Position numbers and translations under genes: made by a program. 64,000 nt of DNA from Macrostomum lignano (lineage: Eukaryota): NCBI GenBank assembly GCA_002269645.1, contig NIVC01001570.1:40546-104545 (forward strand). Reading direction: 5' to 3'. The notes beneath the pieces are model-generated. The model searched no databases. It worked only from the letters and a program-made list of their open reading frames with translations, and was not told the DNA's origin. Below, one piece after another: positions 1 to 11,000 of this stretch (its first letter is position 1; each line of letters starts with the position of its first letter).

Positions 1-214
1 TTGTCTTCAGTGCTGCAACTTACAGCACTTACAACTCTTTTTGTGTTTTTCTCTTTCTCTTTGCTCCCTTTTTCTCATTTTTTCCTTTTCCTTTCCCCTT
101 TTTCGTCTTTTGTTTTTTCGTTTTTTTGGCAGTTAATCAATTTTGCGACTTACTTGGTTGGCCGCCAAATCGGTCGGCCGGATCGGCCGACTCGGCCGAC
201 TGTTGCGCATGTAT

Positions 215-930
215 GGCTGGGGTCGAGAACAAAGGAATTGGAAATCGGGGATAATTGGGGAAAACTGAGAACAATGGAAAAGTAAACATTGGAGAAAAGG
301 TGATAATTAGGTGCGAAAACGAGAACAAAAGAAAGAGAAAATCGGAGAAAATGTGATAATTGGTGGGGGTCGAGAGAACAAAAGAAGCAAAAACGAGAAC
401 AATAGAAGCGGAGGTGGGGTGGGTGTCACATGAGAAATTTGGGAAGGAGAACAATAGCGTGAGAAAAGGTTGCGCAAGAGAGGGGGGTGAGTCATCGATG
501 AGTCACCGAGGGGGAGAAGGGGTCACACGACTTGCGTCACCGTTTGGGAGTTTGAGAGGGGATGGGGAGACGGTGAGCACACAAAGTACTGTAAGTAGAC
601 ACAGGGAAAGAGGGGACAGCGCAGGAAAAGAGTGCAGAGGGAGACAAAAAAAAGGAGGAGGTAGAGAAAGTACAGGAAGAATAGGGCGGGAGCAGAAGAG
701 ATAGGGTAGAGGGGGAGGTACAGAAAGGGGTAGGGGCTCCGGAAAGGCAGGTGTGGCGGCAGGAGAGACGGGACCAAGGCAGCAGGAGAGGTGCAGCAGA
801 GCGGGAGTCTCCAGGCCCGGTCGGAGACCTGGCCGAGTCTCGACAGCTCTGTGCAGAGGGTGCACGGGATAGGAGGCACTTTCGAAAAAGTTCCCATGCC
901 CTATCCCGCGACCAGGGCGTGGTTACTTCA
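215..930 (-). repeat. 3' LTR, partial (U3 portion), copy of 17367-18081
   Basis: By-eye alignment shows about 4 substitutions and one 1-nt A-run indel over ~716 bp. Begins TGAAGTAACC on the minus strand versus TGATGTAACC in the 5' LTR. Confidence 0.93.
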
Positions 931-947
931 CACCCCCACTGCCTTTT
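931..947 (-). promoter_or_regulatory. Polypurine tract (PPT)
   Basis: Minus strand AAAAGGCAGTGGGGGTG directly precedes the TG start of the 3' LTR. Confidence 0.75.
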
Positions 948-1534
948 GTGACGGAACTGGTTCCGTCATCATCGCTGCCCAACATGGAACCACACAGACG
1001 GGAGCGGGATCTCAACCGAACGTGAAATCACAGAATTAACAAACCGCGAGCGGGAATGGAAAAAGGCGATAAAATAGAGGGGATAGCAATAAATTCACAA
1101 AACGAGATACATAGGTTGGAGTGCAATACAGAATTTCAAAAATTTCAACTGTTGCTGTGGCTAAAGTGGGAGGGTGGAAACACAGACAGCGCAATAGTAG
1201 GGAGAAAAATAGCGAATTGTCAACAATAAATTATCATAATTGGATAGAAGCGCAGCTGGGAAAGAGAGGAAACGGGGAAGGGTGAGGGAAGTGGGGAAAA
1301 AGAAGGGGGAAGGGTTGCTAGCACACAGCCAAGGGCAGAGCCTCGGGGAGAATGACGATTACACAGGGGAAAAATACTAATGCAGCGCAGTAAATTAATA
1401 AGCTAATTTCGCCGGGAGTTCAACCGCACGGAGGCCTAGCGTCCTTGAAGGCTCGGACCCCGCTTCAGCCAGTCAGAGGGCTTCGGGGCGATCGGTTGTA
1501 GGCTGGGAGGCGCCGCGCCCTGCGCTGGCCACTG

Positions 1535-1647
1535 TATAAAAGGCGCCACTGATAACGGGAGCCGGCTGCCTGCAACCTACACGGAGTCGCAGTTTCCAAC
1601 CAAGGCACTCAGCGCGATTTTCCAAACTATACAACTACTCGGTAAGT
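1535..1647 (+). promoter_or_regulatory. Candidate antisense Pol II promoter, short non-coding first exon and splice donor
   Basis: TATAAAA at 1535-1541 after a GC-rich stretch; consensus donor CG|GTAAGT at 1641/1642, followed by AT-rich intron-like DNA. Confidence 0.5.
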
Positions 1648-1989
1648 CCCATCACCAACCTGATTTCCTTTCGCCTATACGTTAAACGAAATCTACCCAC
1701 TCGCCATGCCTTTCGTTTTAAACTGAGCCAATTGCAGTAATAATATATGGCCTTTCTTACGGTAAAAGTAGTGAGCAGCCAACACAGAGCCATTTTTAGG
1801 AATTTTTAGGATAATGACACAACAATGACTCGTATATTGGTTATTAAAGTTTAAAAATGAATATTATGGAAGAACCGAATATTAATAGGATAATTTCACA
1901 CACACACACACGACAAACACACAACGCAAGGGGGCGGAAAGGCGGGTCGGACCGGCCGGCGGACGTCGCTCAGCAGGTAGTCAGCATCC

Positions 1990-3339
1990 TTACTCGAAAT
2001 GGGCCTCTTGATTTAGCTGGTACGGGCCATATGCCGCCACCTGAGCCATGGCACTTGCCCATGCTTCCACATAACGTTGGGCTGCCGCGGCCGTGAGCAC
2101 CACTCGGTGCCATCGGCTAGGCAAGATGTCGTTGCGCAGCACGCCCCTCAACTGCGGCAGAGTCGGGATGCCCAGGGCTTGGCATTGGACGACGAAGGCC
2201 GCATTCCGTACTTGTTGCAGCCGTGTCAGAGTTGGTGCAGACAGGGGCGGCTGCGCGATTGCAAAATGCTGCAAAGTGCCACGGGGCACCTCGGCCAGGC
2301 CCGCGTAGCCGGGCTCAACGTCGCCCAGGGCCGCCAACACCCACCCACAGCGGCGATTGAACCGTTGCGAGAGAGTGGCGGCCCAGGCCACTGTGGCAAA
2401 CGGCGCATAGAGGAGGGGCGCAGAGGCCGGCGCGGAGGCCGCAAGAATGCCGTCGTGGATGACGAGAGCCTCTTCCCATTCGGCGCCCTCGCTCAGGAAG
2501 CCCCAGAGCAGCCCTGGCAGGTCCGCAGGAAGCATGCCCCAGCGGCTGGCCAAGCTGGCCAGGCCAATCAATAGCCGGGCTCTCTGGGTTGGTGTCAGTT
2601 GTCTAGTCATCTGAGAGGAGGCTGCGCAGCTGATGATCACCTTCTTGTAGACCGGCCGATCGCAGGTGCTGAAGATTGCTGTGATGGGGGCACAGGACGG
2701 CGGCCGGGCTGTCAGGTGCGATGGTTCCTCATCCACAACCTTGCGGAGGAACTTGGCGGCCTGCCGGACTAGGTCGCCGAGGGCGTATTTGTAGGCGCTC
2801 TGGGCCGCTGCCTCGATGTACATTAACAGCGTATTGTCAACCAATCCCAGCAGGGCCGCTTTTGACAGGATGAGCAGACAGGGCCGGTCCAGGTTGTCGC
2901 GAAGTTGGCGCTCTAGAGTCGCATGCCTGTCCTCGGCCTGGAGTGGGCCATGATAGGACTCAGGCCCGACCCAGTGCACCAGATCCATAGCTGTCGCCGA
3001 AGGTTCGCCAGCCACCTGACCCCAATCGACTTCTTCTCTTTGCAGGGCGATGTCCACACTTCGGCGGCTGTTGGGCAGAACATCACGCAGGCGGCGGGCC
3101 GCCTCGCCGAATTCGGCCGCCAGGTCCGAAATGTCCGCGGTGTCGCCCCCAGCATTGGCCGGGTCGATTGTCTCGTCACCTTCTTCGACCCTGGCGGAGG
3201 CCGCCGCTGGCGGCTCGGGGCCGTCCTCCGCCTCTTGGATGGCGTCACGGGGCCGCTTTCGGCTAACTGGGCTGGCAGGACGCTCAGACGGTAAGCTGGA
3301 GCATAGCTGAATTCGATTGATGGTAGGCTTCGTGTCCAT
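1990..3339 (-). CDS. 449-aa hypothetical protein carried by the LTR element (N-terminal RKRPR NLS-like motif, acidic/disordered N-terminus, Leu/Ala-rich probably helical body)
   Basis: Long intact intronless GC-rich ORF flanked by AT-richer non-coding DNA, with its own TATA/CCAAT promoter ~95 nt upstream. No family recognised. Confidence 0.8.
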   Translation of the reverse strand: MDTKPTINRIQLCSSLPSERPASPVSRKRPRDAIQEAEDGPEPPAAASARVEEGDETIDPANAGGDTADISDLAAEFGEAARRLRDVLPNSRRSVDIALQREEVDWGQVAGEPSATAMDLVHWVGPESYHGPLQAEDRHATLERQLRDNLDRPCLLILSKAALLGLVDNTLLMYIEAAAQSAYKYALGDLVRQAAKFLRKVVDEEPSHLTARPPSCAPITAIFSTCDRPVYKKVIISCAASSQMTRQLTPTQRARLLIGLASLASRWGMLPADLPGLLWGFLSEGAEWEEALVIHDGILAASAPASAPLLYAPFATVAWAATLSQRFNRRCGWVLAALGDVEPGYAGLAEVPRGTLQHFAIAQPPLSAPTLTRLQQVRNAAFVVQCQALGIPTLPQLRGVLRNDILPSRWHRVVLTAAAAQRYVEAWASAMAQVAAYGPYQLNQEAHFE

Positions 3340-3384
3340 GTCAAGCTGGATAGTTCAGAGAATGCTTCAGCGATTGAAGGACAG

Positions 3385-3552
3385 AATGATTTCTCTGATT
3401 GATGATTTCCAGCTCTGGCAGGCGTGGGTCTTCTTATAGTGCCGGGGCTGGCTTCCCATTGGTTGAGCACATTGGGAGGCACACCTGCTGCGGCCGGGGT
3501 CGCCGTTGGCTTGGGACCGCTCGCTCTAGTCTCCGTGCGCTCTGATTGGCTG
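3385..3552 (-). promoter_or_regulatory. Internal promoter for the 449-aa ORF
   Basis: Minus strand: CAGCCAATCAG (CCAAT at 3549-3545), AACCAATGGG (3462-3458), TATAAGA (3438-3432), Inr-like TCATT/TCAAT ~30-45 nt downstream, ATG at 3339. Confidence 0.65.
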
Positions 3553-3885
3553 GTTCCGCCGCTTCCTGTTTCCTCACCTGTGAGAAGGGGCCAGACCCGA
3601 GACCACCTCCGGTCGCGCCCGCGGCAGATCCGTACTCCAGCCGACAGAGATCGCACTCCCACCTCACATGCACACATTCAGATCAGGCACACAAATTAAT
3701 TTGATTAATATGAATAGAAGAGGGATTTGGGAGATTAGACTCCGGAGGATAAATGATGATGCGGCCCAACTCCCTTCGATTTCTTCCTTCAACGCCACGC
3801 GCACGCAGTTCTCATCCATGCCTCCGAGACCCTCATAAACTTAACAGCCGAAAGAATTCGAAAGAGGAATTAATCATTAATTTGA

Positions 3886-4253
3886 CTGCCACCAGTTTGA
3901 TGTACTATTATAAAAGAGAAAGGGGAACCTACCACCATCTTGGCGCATTACCAAAGAAAAGAAAAGGAGGATCAGCCACCATTTTGAGAGAGGTTGCTAG
4001 GGAAAACTGCCACCAATTGTACATTAACAGGGAAGAGAAAGAGGGAACCCGTCACCACTTAGAGTGGATTGCCCGGGGAAACTGCCACCATTTGCCCTTC
4101 TACCAGAGGAGAGGAAGACGAAAAACTGCCATCACTTAGAGGTGTATCATTAAAAGAAGGCGGGGAAGAAGGCTACCACTACTTGATCACCTAGAGCTCA
4201 AGGGGAGGAGAGGGAATGAAGAAAGGAAGAAACCCCCAGGAAGGCCACTACCA
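3886..4253 (-). repeat. Degenerate array of ~8-9 PBS-like motifs (TGGTGGCAG consensus) with 33-47-nt period and variable spacers
   Basis: Plus-strand CTGCCACCA-like motifs at 3886, 3929, 3973, 4007, 4049, 4082, 4126, 4173 (weak at 4245), most preceded by a purine tract. Confidence 0.7.
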
Positions 4254-4344
4254 CACGCCATAAAGTTAAAATCCCCATCTATCTACATCCTAATACCCGG
4301 CTAGTTCCCTACTTCTATTTTATCCCTTAAATTCTCATTTTCAG

Positions 4345-4751
4345 GATTCCGGCCGCTAGTAGCCGAGCCCATCCTTGAAGAGGAGTCCGACTACGAAGCG
4401 CCCGAAGACAGCCATTCAGAGCCGGACGCCCCCTCTGATTCTGGGCCGGCTGCGCCATCTGGTGGCATAGGCGCCGCGGCTCCCGGGCCATGCGACCGCC
4501 GGGCCGCCAGCGAACCAGCGTCCGGGGCCGGTTGGCATCCGGTACCACCGCCGTTGTCAGCCCGAGCGCACGCTCCGCCGCCGGTCGCCGCGGTGACGCC
4601 CGTGGCTGCCGCTCCACAGCCCTTGCCAACCCCTGTGGTGGAGGCCGACGGCTCCTGGCATTTGGTCGTGCTGTCGACGGCCCTAATAGCCGGTCTCACA
4701 ATGCACTGGCTACTGCTCTTGGAGCTATTTCTGCGGCTTCCCAACTGCTGA
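4345..4751 (+). CDS. Putative terminal coding exon of an antisense gene: acidic segment, Pro/Ala linker, C-terminal hydrophobic (TM-like) helix
   Basis: Acceptor TTCTCATTTTCAG| at 4344; open frame xFRPLVAEPILEEESDYEAPEDSHSEPD...WHLVVLSTALIAGLTMHWLLLLELFLRLPNC*; ATTAAA at 4936-4941. Start codon not located. Confidence 0.45.
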
Positions 4752-5744
4752 TGCTGGTGGTTCTTAATGCTTACTTACTATTTCTGAACTATCTGTCCCC
4801 ATAACTTGACTTTAATTACTTACCTGACTTTACATTGACTAAACCACTGGCCTACTCTAAACTAATTGCTGCCCCATTTGCCTGATAAACTTAATTACAT
4901 TGAAGGCCCCCCCCCCTATTGCCTCATCGAAACCAATTAAAAGTTTCCCAAAATCGGACTTTCACAAAGTGTGAACAAACACACGAAATCAGACCTAAAG
5001 GTGCTAATTTCCTACGGTCCCAGACTTCCATTGTTCCCAGAAAATCTTGAACAGCGGGGCAGGACCTCCTGTGGAGCAGACCCATAGAAATTTTACTAGT
5101 TTCCAAGTTAATCCTATATATAATACTAAAAATGAAAATCTTGCTTGCTTGCTTGTAATCGATTAGAGAAAAAGTGGTTTAACCGATTTTCATGAGACTT
5201 GCACTGTTCAATCAGAAATTTTCCCGGGACGGTACATGTATCTTGGCTAAGAAATTGCTAAATTCTAAAGGGATTAAATATTCGAAAAACATACTTTTTT
5301 GCAAAGGTCAAGCAAACTTTTCGACTTGAAATGCATTGTAAGAATGCTAGAGAAAAAACTGACGACTGGTTGAATTCTGATTCTGAAATAGATTGCATCA
5401 TAACTGAAATGTAACTCCGACTTGAATTGCGTCACAGTATTGAAAATGCAGTGTGGAAGCGTAGCACCAGACTTGATTTAGATTGCGTAACCATATTCTC
5501 AACTTTAATTGAGACTGACACTGACTTGCCTGGGAAATTGATTATGTCATAACTGCTTCGTGAGTGAGTGTTGAATTATATAAGTGCTACAATTTCATTT
5601 ATAAATTCGATAAGATCTAGCCTAGATGTGAACAGACTGGACTGCTAATGCAGCGACCTGGGTTCGAATCTTAGTAGTGAAAATTTTTTTATTAAAAGCT
5701 TTTATTAAAAAAATAATAAAGGACTAAAGGCGTCATGCAAAAAA

Positions 5745-6830
5745 TCAGAGAAGCGTCATGTAAACAATCATAGAAGCGTCATGTAAACAATCATAGAAGC
5801 GTCATGTAAAAATCATAGAAGCGTCATGTAAACAATCATAGAAGCGTCATGTAAAAATCATAGAAGCGTCATGTAAAAATCATAAAAGCGTCATGTAAAC
5901 AATCTTAGAAGCGTCATGTAAACAATCTTAGAAGCGTCATGTAAACATCATAGAAGCGTCATGTAAAAATCATAAAAGCGTCATGTAAGCAATCATACAA
6001 GCGTCATGTAAAAAATCATAGAAGCGTCATGTAAACATCATAGAAGCGTCATGTAAACATCATAGAAGCGTCATGTAAAAATCATAGAAGCGCATCCTGC
6101 AAAAATCGTAGAAGCGTCATGTAAACAATCATAGAAGCGTCATGTAAAAATCATAGAAGCGCATCCTGCAAAAATCGTAGAAGCGTCATGTAAATAATCA
6201 TAGAAGCGTCATGTAAAAATCATAGTGAGTAGAAGCGTCATGTAAAAAGTCATAGAAGCGTCATGTAAACAATATTAGAAGCGTCATGTAAAAATCATAG
6301 AAGCGTCATGTAAAAATCATAAAAGCGTCATGTAAACAATCTTAGAAGCGTCATGTAAACAATCATAGAAGCGTCATGTAAAAAGTCATAGAAGCGTCAT
6401 GTAAACAATATTAGAAGCGTCATGTAAAAATCATAGAAGCGTCATGTAAAAATCATAAAAGCGTCATGTAAACAATCTTAGAAGCGTCATGTAAACAATC
6501 ATAGAAGCGTCATGTAAAAAATCATAGAAGCGTCATGTAAACAATCATACAAGCGTCATGTAAAAAATCATAGAAGCGTCATGAAACAATCATAGAAGCG
6601 TCATGTAAACAATCATAGAAGCGTCATGTAAACAATCATAGAAGCATCCTGCAAAAATCGTAGAAGCGTCATGAAAAAAATCATCGAAGCGTCATGTAAA
6701 AATCATAGAAGCGTCATGTAAAAATCATAGAAGCGTCATGTAAAAAATCATAGAAGCGTCATGAAAAAATCATAGAAGCATCATGTAAAAAATCAAAGGA
6801 GCGTCATGAAAAAATCATAGAAGCCTCATT
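5745..6830. repeat. 22-23-bp minisatellite (AGAAGCGTCATGTAAAAATCAT) inside Helitron 1
   Basis: Direct tandem copies visible. Confidence 0.95.
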
Positions 6831-7727
6831 TTAAAACTAATGAAAGTGTCATTTAAAAAATTAAGAGGCATCATAGTAGAATAAAAGAAGCGTCATGTCA
6901 GACATGAAGGGTGTCATGTAAAAATTAAATGAAGCTATAGTGCTGTGCTGGGGAGAAAAACTGTGACGTCAAGGCTCACAGAGAATAACTGAGATTACGG
7001 GGGGGGTTCTGAGATGTCAAAGCAAAAGTCAGATGCTACTTCAAAGTTCATGTACTTTACTCCATTTTTTATTACATTCTTTGTTGGCTCGCCACGGGGG
7101 GTGCTGATAGAAGAAGAGTCATGTAAAAAATAAAAGTAGCACTATGTATACATAAAAGAAAAGTCATGTCGAAGTTAAAAGATTCATTTGGGAATGGCTA
7201 CGATGTCAAAGCTTGGTGGAAATCGTTATAGTGCTGTGATTCTTAAAGAAGGAATCACTAAAATGTCAAGGCTTAGGGGAGAAGAATTGCTGAGATTTCA
7301 AGGCTTTAGGTTGGGTTAAAGTTAGGTTTAGGTCAGGTGTGGGTTGAGGGTTATATTTTATCGGGTTTCAAGGTTAACAGGGGATTTTTTAGATTTCAAG
7401 GTTTATGGGGGCCATCGCCGACATGTCAAGGCTTACGGGGTGAATAGCTGAGATGTCAGGGCTCACGGGGGTATAAATGAGATTTCAAGGCTAAAGTCAG
7501 AAGCTACATGTAGTTTATTGAAAACTTTTTATTCCGATATTTGATGCCTCCTCAGGGGAGGGATTGCTGATAAAAAAAGCGTAATGTAGAAAATAAAAGA
7601 AGCTTCATGTCGAAGTTAAGAGATTCATTTGGGAATCCCTACGATGTCGAGGCTTGCAGGGAATCGCTATAATGCTGTAGTAGTGCTATAATGACTCTTA
7701 GAGAGAATTACTGAAATGTCAATGCTT

Positions 7728-7794
7728 CAGGGTTAGGTTAGGGTTAGGGTTAGGGTTAGGGTTAGGGTTAGGCTAGGGTTAGGGTTAGGGTTAG
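7728..7794 (+). repeat. Interstitial telomeric repeat (TTAGGG)n; degenerate copy near 7306-7345
   Basis: ~10 TTAGGG units. Confidence 0.9.
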
Positions 7795-8016
7795 AAGGTT
7801 GACAGATATTTTTAGATTTCCAAGGCTTATTGGGGGCATTGCTGAGATGTCAAGGGGGGAAGTTGATATGTTAAAGCTTGTGGGGGGGAATTACTGACAT
7901 GTCAAGGCTTACAAGGTTTGACAGGAGATTTTTTAAGATTTCAAGGATACATGTAGCTTATTAAAAAAACATGTATTGCATTTTTTGGCTCCCCAACGGG
8001 GGGCGTAGATTGCTAG

Positions 8017-11000
8017 TCCTATATACTAAAATGAGTTGTCTGTATGTGGGTAGGTATGCGATAGATTTTAGAAAAAATGGCTCAACTGATTTTCTTCAAA
8101 CTTGCACCATTCGATCAGAAATTTTCCTGGGACGGTACATGCATCTTGGCTAAGAAATTGCTCAATATTAAAGGGATTAAATATTCGAAAAACATGCTTT
8201 TTTACAAAGGTCAAGCAGCTCTTTCGACCTGAAATGCATTGTAAGAATGCTAGAGAAAAAACTGACTGACTGAATTTCAATTCTGATAAAGATTGCATCA
8301 CAACAAGTTGAAAACAGTGCCGAAGAAATGCACACACAACTTGATTTAAATTGCGTAACAATATTGCTAACTTAAATTGACACTGATACTGGCTGACTGA
8401 GAAATTGATTATGTCATAACTTTTTACTCTAACCGATTTGCTCTAACCGAATTGCGAAGAACCGGTTCGAATCTTAGTAGTGCAAAAAGATTTTTTTATT
8501 CAAAAACCTTAAAAACACAAAATGCTAAACACAAAAAAGCACAATGTCAAACATCAAAGAGCCACCATGTCGAAGATTAAAGAGCCATCATGTCTAACAT
8601 TAAAGAGCCACCATGTCTAACATTAAAGAGCCACCATGTCGAACATTAAAGAGCCACCATGTCAAGCATAAAAGGACCACCATGTCGAACATTAAAGAGC
8701 TACCATGTCAAAAATTAAAGAGCCACCATGTCTAACATTATAGAGCCACCATGTCGAACATTAAAGAGCCATCATTACATTAAGGTGCCACTAGGTCAAA
8801 CATGAAAGAGCCACCATGTCTAACATTTACGAGTCACCATGTCTAACATTTTCGAGTCACCATGTCAATTATTAAAGAGCCATCATGTCAAACATTAAAG
8901 AGCCATCATGTCAAACATTAAAGAGCCACCATGTCAAACATTAAAGAGCCACCATGTCAAACATTAAAGAGCCATCATGTCAAACATTAAAGGACCACCA
9001 TGTCAAACATTAAAGAGCCATCATGTCAAACATTAAAGGACCACCATGTCAAACATTAAAGAGGCACCATGTCGAACATTAAAAAGCCACCATGCTGAAC
9101 ATTAAAGAGCCACCATGTAAAAATTAAACAGCCACCATGTCTAACATTAAAGAGCCACCATGTGGAACATTAAAGATCCACCATGTCGAACATTATAGAG
9201 CCACCATGTTGAACATTAAAGAGCCACCATGTCAAACATTAAAGAGCCAGCATGTCAAATATTAAAGAGCCACCATTTCAAACATTAAAGAGCCATCATT
9301 ACAGACATTAAGGTGCCACCAGGTCAAACATTAAAGAGCCACCATGTCTAACATTAACGAGTCACCATGTCAAGTATATTCGTGACTCCATGTCAAACAT
9401 CAAATAGCCATCATACCAAACATTAAAGAGCCACCATGTCGAAAATAAAAAATCCACCATGTAGAACATTAAAGAGCCATCATGTCAAACATAAAAGATA
9501 CACAATTTCAAACCTAAAAGTAAGCGTCATGCCAATTTTAAAAGAGCCACTATAGAGCTAAGGAAATTGTTGCACTAGCTACTTATTGTCTGGTGGATGC
9601 TTACTACTTGGGGATGCTTACTATCTGGGGGATGCTTGCTATCCGGGAGGGGGGATGCTTCCTATCTGGGGGATGCTTGCTATCAGGGGGATGCTTGCTA
9701 TCTGGGGGATGCTTGCTATCTGGGAGAATATTAAAGAGCCACTATGTCGAACATTAAAGAGCTACCATGTCTAACATAAAAGAGGCACCATGCCAAACAT
9801 AAAAGAGCCACCCTGTCGAACATTAAAGAGCTACCATGCCAAACGTAAAAGAGCCACTATGTAGAACATAAAAGAGCCACCATGTCAAACATTAAAGAGC
9901 CACAATGTCAAACATTAAAGAGCCACCATGTCGAACATTAAAGAATCATCATGTCAAACATAAAAGAGCCACCATGTCAAACGTTAAAGAGACACCATGT
10001 CAGACATTAAAAAAAACCGAATCAAACATAAAAGAGCTACCATGTAGAACATAAAAGAGCCAAAAGAGCCACAAACATAAAAGAGCCACCATCTCAAACA
10101 TATATGTGACTCCATGTCAAACATAAAAGAGCCATCATGTCAAACATTAAAGAGCCACCATGTCGAACATTAAAGAACCATCATGTCTAACATTAAAGAG
10201 CTACCTTGTCAAACACTAAAGAGCCACCATGTCGAACATCAAAGAGCCACCATGTCAAACATAAAAGAGACACCATTTCGAAAATTAAAGAGCAACCATG
10301 TCAAACATTAATGAGACACCATGTCAGACATTAAAAAAACCCCGATTCAAACATAAAAGAGCCACCATGTAGAACATAAAAGAGTCACCATGTCAAACAT
10401 TAAAGAGCCAACATGTCAAACATAAAAGATACACAATTTCAAACCTAAAAGTAAGCGTCATGCCAATTTTAAAGGAGCCACTATAGAGCTAAGGAAATTG
10501 TTGCACTAGCTACTTATTGTCTGGTGGATGCTTACTATTTGGGGATGCTTGCTATCTGGGGGATGCTTGCTATCTGGGAGGGGGGATGCTTCCTATCTGG
10601 GGGATGCTTGCTATCTGGGGGATGCTTGCTATCTGGGAGGGGGGATGCTTCCTATCTGGGGGATGCTTGCTATCTGGGAGGGCGGATGCTTCCTATTTGA
10701 GGGATGCTTGCTATCTGGGGGATGCTTGCTATCTGGGGGAATATTAAAGAGCCACTATGTCGAACATTAAAGAGCCACCATGTCAACCATAGAAGAGCCA
10801 CCATGTCGAACATAAAAGAGCCGCCATGTCGAACATAAAAGAGCCACCATGTCGAACATAAAAGAGCCACCATGCCAAGCATAAAAGAGCCACCATGTCA
10901 AACATAAAAGAGCCACCATGTCAAACATAAAAGAGCCACCATGCCAAACATGAAAGAGCCACCCTGTCGAACATAAAATGCTTGCTATCTGGGGGATGCT

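Larger units (their letters stand above)
5112..8016 (+). mobile_element. Non-autonomous Helitron (copy 1)
   Basis: 5' A|TCCTATATATAATACTAAAAATG; 3' hairpin CCCCAACGGGG followed by ...GATTGCTAG; internal minisatellite; no TSD; no Rep/helicase. Confidence 0.85.

Noticed and set aside
3753-4139. 128-aa plus-strand ORF with HHL repeats
   Set aside because: It overlies the PBS-like array and the HHL motif is just the CCACCAT repeat. No coding signature, though it might supply an ATG to the antisense unit.
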